From Octopus sinensis (taxonomy: Eukaryota): a stretch of DNA of 64,000 nucleotides. Location: positions 70,742,001-70,806,000 of the forward strand of contig NC_042999.1 of the NCBI RefSeq assembly GCF_006345805.1, given 5' to 3'. The number at the start of each line of letters is the position of its first letter. Position 1 is the first letter of the stretch. Both the position numbers and the translations under genes were made by a program. Positions 23,571-37,028 of this stretch are shown piece by piece. Under the pieces are notes generated by a model, which saw only the letters and a program-made list of their open reading frames with translations, ran no database searches and had not been told where the DNA came from.

Positions 23571-25060
23571 AATCAAGCAGATGGCTGAGATGAGTTCTGT
23601 CTTTGGTTAAAAAGAAAATGAGTTTTACTTCTAAAAATATTTGTATTCATACTGAAATAATTTTGGCATTGTGTTGACAAAATTAGTTGGAATAGAAGCA
23701 TTAGTGTGGGAACTTCTGTCACGGACCATGCCCGTAGAGCTTTATTACATTGTTGGAAGGTCATAAAATACTTTGTTTCATTATGGCCTATTTCATATGG
23801 TCTTATTTTCAGGTTATGGCACCTCAAAACATCTGGTTGTTTTGGAACCTAATGTTGCTTTTAAATTTCCTAATCACATTATAAAAACTAGGCCAATGAC
23901 ATTTTAGTAGACATAATTACATTTGAAATAGCTTTTAAAGAAATTAGTTGAAAATTTCTCAAAAAGAAACAATCTATTGATTATAGTTTAGACTAGCTAG
24001 TGCTTCCATTGCCTACTTATTTTGGGGAGGTGTATGGCTAGGGAAATAATTTTCTACAACTATCAAGGGCATTGATGTTGTCTTGGGCAGTAAAATCCTG
24101 GACCAGACGACTAGTTTTGTAGTTTGTAGTTTAGCATCGGAATTCTCTGAAGTTAGACTTTATTCTTTCTGGTGTCAATAAAATAGCTACCAGTAATTTA
24201 AGGTATATTTAATTGGTTTTCTCACAAAGGTTGAATAAAATCAATATTACATAAATACCAAAGAGTAGTTGGTTGAAACAGAAGAGCACCTAAATACTGA
24301 GACTCTGCCAATGAGATATCTTATGTGATTACTTAGCCTGTTAAAAACAGCAGCCAAATTGCCCTCAAATTGCACTCAGCATTTTTCTTTAAAAAAAAAT
24401 GGAAAATATAAGGTAAAAATATTGGTAAAGAATGGGATGATCATAGGTGTTGTATCTTGCTGAAAGGAGAGGCTCTTAGTAATGAAGAGCAAGTCAAATA
24501 AGAGTATGCAAAACTTTATAAGCAACACAGCAATTTATGTAAGTGAGTGGGAGATATTCCCCTGGCTAGAACATATTCTTCCCTTTTATAATAGCATTTT
24601 CCACTGCATTATTAAATGCTCAATCCAAAAAAAAAAAGAGAAAAAAAAGGTTCAAATTTGTAGGATAAGTAAGCTATTTTCATTCAAAAACAGGTAGTTT
24701 CATTGGTATGCTTTTTTTTTTTTAATACTTAGGACTCTGAGTTGGAATATCTTTGGTCATAGATTTGCCCATTCAGGGTTAATCTGGGTCTGAACAACAG
24801 AAACCTTTTATTCTGTGTTTAAATCTTCCTTGATATGTTTCATCCCTTATACTTTGATGCTCTTTAGAATTAGTAACTGTCATTTATATTACTCGATTCA
24901 GTTGGCTGTAAGCTCCTATAAAATAATTGAGCTTCTTTGTAGTTGTGTAAAATGAATAAATAAATATATATTTCTTTTAAAATATGCACATGTTTAATTT
25001 TCTTTTATGTAAATTCTGTCTTTTCATGTCATTGATGTTTACTTTTATTTTGTATTTCAG

Positions 25061-25217
25061 TCAATGAAGGCACTGGTGTTACTGCCCGTCCAAATTATAA
25101 CTCTTTCATACATGCTGTACGGTCAATTGTGTGTTCCCAAGGATTCACTGGACTTTATCAAGGTGTTTCAGCAAACTGTTTAGGGGCTGGCATGGCCTGG
25201 GGAATATACTTCTTTGT
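25061..25217 (+). CDS. SLC25A32: Mitochondrial folate/FAD carrier, internal exon (equivalent to human exon 2)
   Basis: ttttcag|...|gtaagt, 157 nt. Translates (V)NEGTGVTARPNYNSFIHAVRSIVCSQGFTGLYQGVSANCLGAGMAWGIYFF(V), matching human [50 protein letters not shown]. Phase 1 start, phase 2 end. Confidence 0.95.
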
Positions 25218-25899
25218 GTAAGTACAACACATCTATTGTATTTTCTTTTAGTATTTGTTTTATATCCATTTTGCTATGTAGCATAAGTTGGATGGAAATT
25301 GTTTGGAATTTGAGATCACTATGTCTGGGTGTAATATTGTTGATATAATATGCTTTGGAAACTTTTCTGCTTTCAGCTATCTTTGTAAATCTGTGGCAAG
25401 TAGGCATAGATTCTTGTTTCAGTGAGCTAGGCTTCTCTCCACCTTAGAGAAAAGTGATGCCTTCTTTTGTTTGAGTTATTTACTGGACTGAATGGCTATG
25501 GATATCACTTACACAACCACCTTGAGCATTTAGTCATGTCACCAGTGGTAGCAGCCATTTTCTAAGGCTCTAGGGTAGTTGAAGGGGCCCTTTTTTCAGT
25601 ACACAAGGGAAAGCAGGGTGCTTCCCTCTTATCCCATTGAAGGTTTGTTAGACTTAGTAAAATGTCGTAGACAGCCTGGATCAGAAATCTGATGTGTTGG
25701 ATGTCAACCTGCCATTGATCTGACCAAGTGATGTTCCATTTACTGTATTTTGACCCACCTGCTCCAGGCCCCTTTTTGGCCTAGTCCCACCATCCTGCTA
25801 GCTACTTGTAACACCAGTGATTGTTTATTTACTGTTTTTGTATGTATTGGTGGTGATGGATTTTGTGTAAGCATGTTGGCTGTGAGTACACAAGCTCCT

Positions 25900-26140
25900 C
25901 TACAGCAAGAAACCTGCTCTGCCTCATTCTCTCATGCTTTTATGCCTCATCTTCTAGCATAAAACTTCCCTCCTCTCCTTAGGGTTTGTAGTCTTCCAAA
26001 CTATATGGTGATCTCACTAGTGCTGGCAGCATGAAAAAAGCACCCAGTACACACTGTAAAGTGTTTGGCATTATGAAGGGCATCGAACCATGGAAAATAT
26101 CCTGACATGCCAACATGGTATATGGAGTATGAAAATGATG
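25900..26140 (+). mobile_element. RTE-type 3' UTR/tail copy
   Basis: ggtgatctcactagtgctggc..aaaaagcacccagtacacactgtaaagtg..gaaaatgatgatgatg. Confidence 0.7.
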
Positions 26141-26151
26141 ATGATGGATCG

Positions 26152-26190
<39 letters not shown>

Positions 26191-26192
<2 letters not shown>

Positions 26193-26490
26193 ATGGTAGA
26201 TGGAAACTGAAAGAAGCCCGTCGTATATATATATATATATATATATAATGGTAGATGGAAACTGAAAGAAGCCCGTCGTATATATATATATATATATGTG
26301 TGTGTGTATTTGTCTCCCCAACATTGCTTGACAACTTGGTGTGTTTACGTCGCCATAACTTAGTGGTTTGGCAAAAGAGACTGATAGAATGTGTACTAGG
26401 CTTACAAAGAATAAGTCCTGGGGTTGATTTGCTCGACTAAAGGCAGTGCACCAGCATGGTCGCAGTCAAATGATTGAAACAAGTAAAAGA
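26191..26490 (+). mobile_element. SINE 3' half (family C tail) with a 55-bp tandem duplication of the gaaactgaaagaagcccgtcg(TA)n block
   Basis: Blocks at 26191 and 26246; the tail gtttacgt..aacttagtggtttggcaaaa..gcagtcaaatgattgaaacaagtaaaaga is also at 45840-45995. Confidence 0.7.
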
Positions 26491-26611
26491 CTGACCAGTA
26501 TGTGACTGACCAGATTATCAGATGTTATACATCATTGGTCACAATGTGCTTTGCATTGTTTTAGCTTTCAGATGATGCTATCCTGCTTGCTAGGTTAGCA
26601 GGCCAACATAC

Positions 26612-26755
26612 CCCACTGATCACAAGGGAGACTGGAGCAATGTGAAATGAGGTGTTTTGTTCAAGAACACAATGCGCTGCCCAGTCTGGGTATCAAACCC
26701 ACGGTCTAGTGATTGTGAGTGCAACAGCTTAACCATTAGGCCACACCCTTCACAT
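26612..26755 (-). mobile_element. tRNA-SINE family B
   Basis: Reverse complement gives A box tggcctaatgg, B box gggtttgatacc, then ttgtgttcttgaacaaaacac..atttcacattgctccagtc. Confidence 0.75.
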
Positions 26756-27447
26756 ACATGCACAGATATAATTAATAGTATATTACCACTCTTTGTTATA
26801 TGATTGTAGTGGCACAGTTCTGGAGAGCTTGGTTTTTTCCACAATGCTGCAGAGTTTTTAGTGCATCGTTTACTTACCACTGTCTTAACATTTGGTGATC
26901 AAAAAGATTATGACTTTTTGCTTTTCATAATTAGAAGATATTGTGTACTTCAGTTTTAACTGGAGAAAAGTGGCCCTTTCTTTGGTTGGTAGAAGCATGA
27001 TTTGTTTTGATCTCTTCTCTCTCTGCTCAATCTTGACAGTTTGGGCCATGTAGAGTGACTTTTCTTGACAGTTTTTTTACTCTTACTGTATATACTTTGT
27101 TGATTAAAAAAAATTTTTATCTCAGATTTTCACAGCTGTCATCATTTGTCTTGTTTATTATATAAGTTGGTTTCTTTATCTTGTTTATGTGGTTTCTAGA
27201 TATTTATGTCGGCTGCTCTCATGATTTTCTAATTTTACACAAGATAATTAATCACCTTTATATTAAAGTTGCTCTTTATCCCTACTTCCTCATGCTCATC
27301 ATAATTTGTGTTATTGATTGCTTTTGTGTGGTAAAATGCTGTACTTTAGGCAAACATCTACTACAGTCTCAGCCCTGTAAAAGAACTTGGAAGGCCTTTT
27401 GCAATACCTGTAAATCCAGGAACATTTCAGTACCCCTCATATAGATT

Positions 27448-27850
27448 ATCATCATTGTTTTAACATTTACTTTTCCATGCTTGCATGGTCAAACAGTATC
27501 TATTGAGCTAGATTCTTCTATGACCAGATGTCCTTCCTTGCTTCCAAGTATGATAATATTCCCCAAACTCCTTTGAACACAAATTGCTCAATGGCTGTAC
27601 ATATTTTTGTAGAAGACTGGAAATGAGTGATAATGCTTGTATGATGGTGAAGCTTTTTTATAATTAGGATGCAATGTCAAGAGAAGGGGGACACAAACAC
27701 ACAGGCATATACACAGTGGGTTTCTTTCAGTTTCTTTCGACTAAATCCACTCATAAGGAGGTATAATAGGAGGAGACACTTGCCTAAGGTGTTATAGTGA
27801 GCTTGAACTTGAAACCATGTGGCTGTGAAGTGACCGTAACCACTTGACCA
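27448..27850 (-). mobile_element. tRNA-SINE family A, full length, decayed
   Basis: catcat tail, ttctttcagtttc..aaatccactca body, gacacttgcc.aaggt, aaccatgtgg head. Confidence 0.7.
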
Positions 27851-29454
27851 AGCATGTGCTAGTTGTGCTAGTGTCTCTGGTTATGTTAACTGGTATTGAG
27901 ATGTTTTTCTTTATGTTAGTGACATAAGCTTAGTGATTTGATAAATGCAGATTGATAAAATAAATACCAGACTGAAATAAATATTGTTCAACTTGTCCAG
28001 TTTAGGAAAGGTACACCATGTGTGTTGTAAGAGACTTGATGTTAGGAAAGGGATCCTGCAGTAAAACACTGTCTCAAAAAGGGTTCCACAATAGTATAAT
28101 ATACAAGCATGGTTCAATGCAAAGTATCTTGTGGGAGTCTCCTTTCTCTTATCAAAATATGGGGAATCTGGTTTGAAGTAAGAAAGGAATTCAATCCATT
28201 TCTGATGTATAAATGCTTGATATCTTTTGTGGAGATTGCTATATAATGTTTAGGCTGTGGAATGTCAGACACTGACATCAAAGTGATGGAAGCATTGATC
28301 AAAAGGGAGAATGGGCATATGTTGTATGCAGGAGCTGAGATGGAAGAGGTGATGGGGAGGTAGACGATATAGGTATTTACCAACTTGCTGTGTTCTGTTC
28401 CAACTTACAGGGTTTTTTTGGTGTGTGTTTGTGTACATGGATATTGCACATAAGTTTCTTGTGTGTACTGTATTTTGCAGCATATTTTATTTTACCTCTT
28501 TATATATTATTATATGTTTTAATATAGTTTACATTTTCTTTAATTTGCTTATTATTTTATATTACAATAGAGATTACACACACCTGTTTGAATAACTGAA
28601 TATATTTTGCATGAAACCTATATAATATCAGGTTACTGGTTAAAAATAAAAAGTATGGTGTGTGTGCATTATATGTAAATTCTCTGCTTATGTAAAAAAT
28701 CAATTGCATTAGTATACTGGTATTTTTTTTTATTTTAGTTTTATAAACAGCTTTTCAAAACGTTTAGTGTAGCTCTTAGTTTTGGAAATAGTTTATGATT
28801 AACATTTTGTTTGTTTTAAACTTATACATTTCTTTGGTGGATATAATCTTCACTGGAATGTCTTTTGGCTTTGGATATTTTTGTTGGTACACTGACAGTA
28901 GCATAAGTGTTTTCCTTCCTATTTGAAGCTATTTCACCTCACCTATGCTGCTAATTCTCTTGAGAAAGATCTAATCAGCATATTTTATTTCTTCCTCTTT
29001 TATAAATCACTAATTTTGTGCTTATATAATACAGTGTAGATCTCTTCTAAGAGAAAAAAAATTTCTCTGTTGATTACTATTGATATTGGAATTGTAGTTA
29101 ATAGGATAAAATGTAGAAATAGATATTTGTCATGCTGAAGAAGATGTTAATATCACTAATTACCTGTTCACATAATTCATTACCTTCAACTGGTTTGTTA
29201 CAGAGCGCTTTCTGTCAAATGTTAAGTATGATGGAAGGATATTGTAACCATGACAGCTTGTCAACTCTGGGAAAATACTTAACCCTTATGCTACTAGAAC
29301 ATTGTCAATTCCCACAACTGAAATTTAGGATACAAATTATTTGCCAAACCCATCAGGATTTAAACAGAGAAATGTTCTCAGTAACATAGAACATTAAGCT
29401 TACTCCCAATGTTCATGAGTAATATATCGCATTTTATCTTGATAAAAACTGACT

Positions 29455-29610
29455 CATCATCATTTAGTGTCCATTTTCCATGCTGGCATGAGTTGTATGG
29501 TTTGACTGAAACTGGTATACTGGAGAACTGCACCAGGCTCCAATCTATTTTGGTTTGGTTTCCACCAACCCCAACTCCACAGAGTGTACTGGGTGCCTTT
29601 TATGTGCCTT
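29455..29610 (-). mobile_element. RTE tail copy
   Basis: catcatcatttagtgtccattttccatgctggcatg..agagtgtactgggtgccttttatgtg. Confidence 0.75.
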
Positions 29611-30119
29611 ACTCAAGTACATAAATTAATCAGAATGTATGTATGTCTACACACACTCGCACACACATTGAAATAAATAGAATGCAAAAAGACCTGTCAA
29701 CATTGATGGTTTCTTTGTATCTCTCTGTCTTTAACTGGTAGATTTTATTTAGGTTGAGAAAGAAAAAAGTATTGACAGCTTGTTAACTCTTGGGAAATTA
29801 ATTTTCTAAGATGTTGATATAAGATAAAAGAGAGTGTAAATTAATTTATGGCTTCAGTATGTTTATCTGGTAGAAATACAAAAACTGATTGAAGTCATAC
29901 ATATCAAGTATGAATAAAAATATCAATCTACTACCTTTAATCATACCAAAGATTATCATGATTTCAATTAATGGTTAGAAAATTTCTTTTGATATGTCAT
30001 TCTTATAAGTAGTTGTATTCTTGCATTCATCATCTTGCTACTGTTTGATCTGATTCCTCTTTCATTTTCTCTTATTCTTTCTCTGTCTGAATTTCCAGTC
30101 TTTGATTGTGTTTGAGACT

Positions 30120-31085
30120 GATAGAATCTCATTGGTGAAGAAGCTTTCATTCTGTTGATCAAAAACATCATCAACAGTTGATATGATGTTATCATCATTG
30201 CGATACTGGTTGTCACCAAGTGTTTTTTCATGTTAAAGAATACATCATAATCAGATGGGGCCAAATCAGGAGCATAAGGCGGCTTATCAACCAGATCATA
30301 GCTACAGTCACAGACAGCAACCATTGAAACCAAGGACTTGTGTACTGGTGCACTGTTCTGATGAAATAAAACCCCTTTCCATCAGTTTTTCTGGGCATTT
30401 AGTCTTGATAACCTTTCATAACTGCAAGTTGGCACAGTGCTCTTCATTGATGTGGTTCTTTTGAAGATAATCTATAAACACAATTCCTTTTACATCCCAA
30501 AAACCTGAGGCTATCACCTTCCCTGCAGATAAAACAATCTTGGCCTTCTTTGAAACAGGTGAATGGGTGGGGTGGTGTTTCTACTGCATGGATTATCTCT
30601 TTGTTTCTGGTTCAAAGTGATAAACTCAACATCCATCTTGGGTTAGGAAAAGTTGAAGGAAACCAGCTAGATCTGCTCAAACAATGTCAGACTTTCCTGT
30701 GATGCAATCAGCCTGGTATGCTGTTGATCAAGTGTCAGAAGACATGATACCCACCAAACAGAAACCTTCATCATACCAAGTTCATTGCGCAGAATATTTG
30801 CAACTGTCTCACAGGATATGCTAATAGCATTGGCTCTTTGATTTATAGTCAATCACCTCTCATCCATCACCATGTGGTGAACACAATCAATGTTTCACTC
30901 AATGGTTACTGTTGCAGGATGTCTAGACATTGAATCATCTTCAAGACTCTCTCTCTTGCTCTCCTAAATTCAGCTGCCCACTTTTACACTGTTGATAAAG
31001 CTGGAGCAGCAACCATGTCAGTATGAATGTTCTTGGGGACTAAACCCTTTTTCTGCAGATACTTAATAACACCACAATAATGTCA
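30120..31085 (-). mobile_element. Decayed mariner transposase, TIRs not recognised
   Basis: Minus translation GVIKYLQKKGL.., ISCETVANILRNELGMMKVSVWWVSCLLTLDQQ (WVPxLLT motif), PPYAPDLAPSDY; many stops and frameshifts. Confidence 0.85.
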
Positions 31086-32299
31086 GATGTCAGTTTATCT
31101 GAAAGGAAACCATGCAGTTGAAATTAATGCATGCAGTAAGAAAAGTTGAAATTAATGCATGCAAGATTTCACAACTTCAGCATCAATTCTTTCAAATTCT
31201 GTCTTTGATTTTTTCAGCCTACACTTTTAGAAAAAAAGGCCAAATTGTATAGCTTTGTACAAACAAATAGAAACATTTATATATTTCAGTTTATAAATAA
31301 TTGATAATTTAAAAAAATTTACCTGAATGTTACAATGAAGCATTTCATTAATCAGTTAAAACATCTTTTAAAGATGCAACAAAATGTCTGCCATACGATA
31401 AAATCAAGTGTAGGTTTTCTGAAATTCCATCTACTTAGTTTGTTGGTTTTTCTGGATGTTATTGCATTTATTATGAATAATATTATTGCAATATATTATG
31501 ACATAGATCAAGTATTACCCTCCAAGCTCAAATCCTATTTGGCTTAAATTTTTTTTTTATCTTAAATATCTGACATTGTGTATATCTCATACTGAAGTTG
31601 ATTCAGTTGATTGTATTACATGTTTGTGGCCTTGTGCCAATATTAGAAATTATTACAAGTTATTTAACAAAGATATTTAGTCTTGCCTTTGTAATACACT
31701 GTTTTGAAATTCAGCTTAACTTAGCTCTCCTTTCTTTTCTCTGGTGTTGATAAAATAAATGGCCTTTGTCATCTGTTATAAACCATCCAAGCAGCAACTT
31801 TACAGCTTTTTGTATTTACACGTATGGTTGATCTTGCTAATATTGGTATCAAAAACCAAATAGGTACTGCCTGTTTCATTGTTTTTTTCTTCCTTCCTTG
31901 TTTCAACTGAAGAACTGCATCATGTATCCTCCTACATGTGAATGAAATTTCTGTTTTTGTTGTTCTCAAAGCTACCCTGTTATTAGTAACACTTACCCAT
32001 TTCTTGTGGTCAATATGCCACTTGATCAGGTTGTACTTAGATATGTCTGTGAAGCACAACTTTGGTCTTCTCTTTCGCACTTCTTGAGAAAGCTCCCGTT
32101 GCCTTCCATTCATTTCACATTGTAACTCTTGCTGATACAAGATTAGTTTTCAGGTGTTGGGATAATTAATTATTGGTTATAATCTTTCGCCTATCTGATA
32201 TTGTGAAATTATTATTAGAAATTATTATTGTGAATTGATATTTAAAAAAGATTGAACCACCTGCTGCTCTTTTTGATTTGATAACCATAATTGTCCTGC

Positions 32300-32620
32300 T
32301 TCTACTGTATGGTTAAGAAGTTCACTTCGCAACCACATGGTTCTAGGATTCAGTTCTACTACTTGGCATCTTAAGCAAGTGTCTTTTCTCCTGGCTGACC
32401 AAAGCTTAGAAGGAAATTGAAAGAAGCTTTGTGTGTGTCCTTGTTTTAACATTGCATGATGATTGTCACTGTCATACGAGCAGTGTTGTTTGTTTCCATT
32501 TGGCCAATTAAGAAACATTTCCCTGCTTACAAACAGGTGATGGTTGGTGGCAGGAAAGATATTTGGTCGTAAAGAATTTGCCTCACTATTAAATGAACAA
32601 TCACTGGTATTGAGACAATA
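32300..32620 (+). mobile_element. tRNA-SINE family A with RTE-like tail
   Basis: tggttaagaagttcacttcgcaaccacatgg..gcaagtgtc..gaccaaagc..gaaagaagc..ggttggtggcaggaaag. Confidence 0.7.
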
Positions 32621-32929
32621 AGAGACACACTCACTCACTCACTCACTCTGCTGGAAATAAGTTAAATTTCCTGTCAGTTGCATCCTATCATCTTCAAAAA
32701 AGAAGAGATATTAGTCCTATATACAAAAAAGATGAAACAATCAGTGTTGTAAGACCTCAGATTATAGAAGAGACATAACAAGAATACCCACCAATGTCAT
32801 GCCATTTTGATAAAGTTTTTAATGGCACTCTCCTAGTGAGGAATCTAGATCAATGATATTCTTAATTTTATTTTAGACATTTTAGAAATTTACGTTATGT
32901 TCTAAACAACAACTGCACGTGTGCGCGTG

Positions 32930-32933
32930 CACA

Positions 32934-32978
<45 letters not shown>
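32930..32978. repeat. (CA)n microsatellite
   Basis: Direct reading. Confidence 0.95.
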
Positions 32979-32981
<3 letters not shown>

Positions 32982-33420
32982 TTATAAGTTATTTGTAATA
33001 TTCAAGTCCTGGATCAATGGGCTTGTTATTTATAAATTTGTGTATCCTTATTTCATTTTAGTATTTTAAACTCAATATATTTAATAAAATAAGTTAACTT
33101 CATAAAATAATCTATATGTCCAAAGATAGACTGTAACTGTAACAAGCCTCAATCTGCAATTTATGAAATACTGTTGTGGCTCTAACATTGTTGCAGCACC
33201 ATAATGGATGATGGGGGAAGTGAACACAGCTTAGGATGAAAAGTTCTTCCTTGCTGATAAGCCTATCTTTTGTTCAATTGATCTGCAGGTATTTTGTGTA
33301 TTTGAGGCAGTATATTTACATTTATATATATCAGTTCATTTAGCTATATGATAAGTTTCAGTTTATCGGAGAATGTTATGTGATATGCTATTGACAGTTT
33401 GTAATTTGATTAATGTCAAG

Positions 33421-33725
33421 AGTGAAGGCGCATGGCTTAGTGGTTAGGGTATTTGGTTCCTGATCGTATGGTCATGAGTTCATTTCCCAACGACATGTTG
33501 TGTCTTTGAGTAAGACTCTTTATTTCATGATGCTCCAGTCCATTCAGCTGGCAAAAATGAGTAGTAGTAGTAGTAGTAGTAGTAACTGTATTTCAAAGGG
33601 CCACCCATGTCACACTCTGTGTCATGCTGATTCTCTCTGAGAACTAGGTTAAGGTTTCACAAGCAGGCTGTTTCATTGATCAGATCAACTGGAACCCTTG
33701 TCGTCCTAACCAACAGAATGACAGT
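33421..33725 (+). mobile_element. tRNA-SINE family B, near full length
   Basis: A box tggcttagtgg, B box gagttcatttcc, CORE/Meta-like ttgtgtctttgagtaagac..gctccagtccattcagctgg, internal (GTA)n. Confidence 0.8.
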
Positions 33726-34129
33726 CAGTGTCAAGAAGTTTGAGTGATCTATTGGCTCTTACAAACATCCCTGAGGCCTATATCTAGTGTGAACCAGTTC
33801 ACAAATATTGGGTTAAAATATTACTGTTTGATCTGGTAGAAATGTAGTGAAATGATACAGTAAATCAGGTTATTCTTATTTTACTTGGGGGATTTTTCTC
33901 ACTTGGCAACTGCTGTTCTGTTCATGTCTGCTTTCAGTATTGTTTTACTGAGTTTACTCCTTTCTCTAGCTTGTTCTGTTGTCTCTCTGTTTATCTAATT
34001 CTCTTCCTCACATACTTTGTTCTTGAGTTGCCCCAGCCTGGTTTACAGTTTTGAACCTTAGCTTTCTATTATTTCTATATGCCTGAACAAATTATTTCCC
34101 ACAAAGTGTATAGCTGATATGTATATATT

Positions 34130-34345
34130 AGAAGGCAGCAAACTGGCAGAATTGTTAGCACTCTGGCCAAAATGCGTAGCAGCATTTCATGTCTTTATGT
34201 TCTGAGTTCAAATTCTGCTGAGGTTGACTTTGCCTTTCATTTTTTGGGGTTGATAAAATAAGTACCACCTGAACACTGGGCCAATATAATCGACTTACTC
34301 CCTCCTCTGAACTTACTAGTTTTGTACCAAAATTTGAAACCAATA
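34130..34345 (+). mobile_element. SINE with a Deu/Nin-like domain
   Basis: gagttcaaattc (B box), then gactttgcctttcat..ggggttgataaaataagtacc, which resembles the Deu/Nin domain from memory. Confidence 0.6.
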
Positions 34346-35059
34346 TATAATGGAAATAATATCAATGAATTGTTTGCTCTTTGTATGTGCAACTGTGGTT
34401 GGCAGGAAGGTTAGTATTCATTGGAATTCACAGATTTATGTAATTTGTGTTAACATGTGGGAAGTCACCATTATTTGTCAACCAAAACCTGCAAACCTCT
34501 GTCAAAATTTGCCACCAGATATGTGGCCAGTCATGATTTTCTTTGCCACAATTAAGCCTCTGATAACACCTGCCTGATAATCTTGATTTTAGGAAGTCTT
34601 TAGCAGTTATCCAATCCATCGCCTACATTTGTCATTTACAATTTTGGTAAGTAGTTTGTAATGATGTACCTTTTCACTCTACATATAACAAAATTGTAAA
34701 TTCTTGACTGACAACCTTCTTCTGCTTCTGGTTACCATATGATATTCTGGTGTATACTATATGGTAAATAGATGGATTTGGATAGGTTGGTTAAATTATG
34801 TTAAAGTGTTGTTAAGGAAGAAACTTTTTTTTTTTACATTAGTTACATTTAATAACTTCTTATCCCTGGTATAGTTTTGTGATTAAGATAGCATAAAATG
34901 TTTGACTTCTGTAACTTTAAACCTTACTTTTGATCAGATTTGTTTGTAGGGCATGCAATGTGTATTCTAATTATACCTTGTACTTTTGGAACATCATTGT
35001 GTGTGTGTGTTGAAGTACTTCATATTAACATTTTGAATGTGTGGTTCAGAAGTTTGTTT

Positions 35060-35385
35060 CTTAATCATTTGGTTTGTTCTATTATGTGATGCTTAGGGCT
35101 GGCAAATCACAATAAGTGGGTTTAGTAGATGAAAATTGAAAGCAGTGTGTGTGTGTATATCTCCTTGATTTTGATAGCATACAATAGTAGTAAACAAATG
35201 CTGCCTTCATATTAGGGTGTCATTTGTTTTCAGTATTCTGTAAACATATCCGGCTAGAGGGAATATTATCTTGTTTGGAATCATATTCTTGTTGGCAACA
35301 AGAAGGGCCTCCTACCATAGAAAATTTGCCTCAATAAATTCTTTGTGACACTTATATGGAAAAGTAGATACTAAAGTGATGATAG
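35060..35385 (+). mobile_element. tRNA-SINE family A, decayed, ending ~85 nt before exon 3
   Basis: gtgggtttagtagatgaaaattgaaagc..gttggcaacaagaagggc..agaaaatttgcctcaataaattc..gatgat. Confidence 0.6.
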
Positions 35386-35470
35386 TATTTACATTTTTAC
35401 TCCCACAATTTTTTTTATTAAAAAATGATTTTTATTGTGTGATTCATTGTTATATTTTATTTCATTTTAG

Positions 35471-35559
35471 ATATAACTATGCCAAAACACAAATGCAAGC
35501 TGGCGATCAGAAAGTTTCTCTAGGTGCTAGTAGCCATATTTTAGCTGCTAGTCAAGCAG
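35471..35559 (+). CDS. SLC25A32: Mitochondrial folate/FAD carrier, internal exon (human exon 3 equivalent)
   Basis: ttttag|...|gtaagt, 89 nt. Translates YNYAKTQMQAGDQKVSLGASSHILAASQA(G) and keeps frame with the flanking exons. Confidence 0.93.
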
Positions 35560-35892
35560 GTAAGTGAATATTAATACGTATTACATATATTTGCTTGTGA
35601 TATATATATATATATTTTCAGGGATGCCTGTAAAAGTTTCTAATATTCAAACCATCACCATTTTCATCAGATTTTTAATGTTATCGTATCTGCATATTTA
35701 GCTGAATATTTTTACAACAGTATAGGAAACTTGCTACTATAAAATAATTCTTTTTTGATTTCAACCATTTAGACATAGGGAACAAGCTCTGTTAATTGTA
35801 CATAGAGCCAGTGCAAGAGCCTTTAAGCAGTCATTTGACTTACTAGTAATAACAAACAAATCTTCAAATTATACCCTACTGTCTTAAAAACA

Positions 35893-36182
35893 AAAAAGTG
35901 GTGGTCTGTGGACTGGTGCCGGTGTGCGAGCCACCAGCTGCCAGTATGTGGCGAATTTCCAGAAAAGAAAGCAACATTATAAAATGCTTATGTAATAGGG
36001 TATTATTTGTTTACAAAATAAATATAAGATAAAAAAAAATGTCAACTTTTATTATATTCATTATATATATTGTTTCCAGTATAAATTAATATTACTAAGA
36101 AATATTACTGGTCCCTGGTAAATTGGAAAAAAAGAGAAGAAAAAACACTGGTATGCCACATCAGGTAGTTTGAGAAGCACTG
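35893..36182 (+). mobile_element. hAT/Charlie-like MITE nested in repeat family D
   Basis: gtggtctgtggactggtgccggtgtgcg 5' part; 3' end tttgagaagcactg followed by gtctagag (Charlie-type target); the left TIR is not intact. Confidence 0.5.
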
Positions 36183-36864
36183 GTCTAGAGAATACTGTAG
36201 CAAAGAATGGGGAATGACTACTTGATCATAGCTAGAATGTCTTTGATTATTAGTCTGCTCGATCAGAGATAGGCAAAGGTAGCCAACATATTGAAAGCTT
36301 TCACACAGAATGTAATGTTTGCTTTTTTTTTTTTCAATCTTGATCTATATTTTGAAGTTTTGATTAGAATAATTGGACTTATAATATTCCTCATTTACTA
36401 CATCTTGATCAGGGAGTTGATATTATATCTGCTAATGTGTATAAAATTGAATTGTCTATTGTATTTTCTTTTTGAGAAATATACACCATGTTTAGTAAAA
36501 TCATGTTATATTGAGCATTGCTAATAGATATTATCCTTTGATTGTACCTAAGTGTACAAACAAGTTTAGCCAAGATGCTGGTGCAATTAGCAATACCTAT
36601 TCAGCTGTTTAATGCAGTAGGATACTAGTACTTAAGCAGAAGTTTATTGTCAGTTGCTATGCAAGAGGACCACCACATATTGAACATTACAGTGCAATTT
36701 GTTACTGTCATTTTTCAGAAATGTTATTGTCACATGTTATAAATGTGAAATCTATAAAATTTAATGATCAGAATATTTTTGAATTTGTATTTGATGTTCC
36801 ATAATTGCTTTTTATGATTGTGGTAACATTAATTATTTCAATTTATTAATCTGTTTACTTTCAG

Positions 36865-37028
36865 GTGTTTTATCTTTACTAGTTGTCAATCCTGTTTTTG
36901 TTGCGAAGACACGCCTATGTTTACAGTATGAGCAAACTTCAGAAATTCATAAAAAAACATACTATAGAGGATTGAGTGATGCCTTAGTGAAAATATTTAA
37001 GCAGGAAGGTTTTAAGGGTTTTTATAAG
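36865..37028 (+). CDS. SLC25A32: Mitochondrial folate/FAD carrier, internal exon (human exon 4 equivalent)
   Basis: tttcag|...|gtaaat, 164 nt. Translates (G)VLSLLVVNPVFVAKTRLCLQYEQTSEIHKKTYYRGLSDALVKIFKQEGFKGFYK, containing the carrier signature PxxxxKxR and EGxxGFYKG. Confidence 0.95.
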
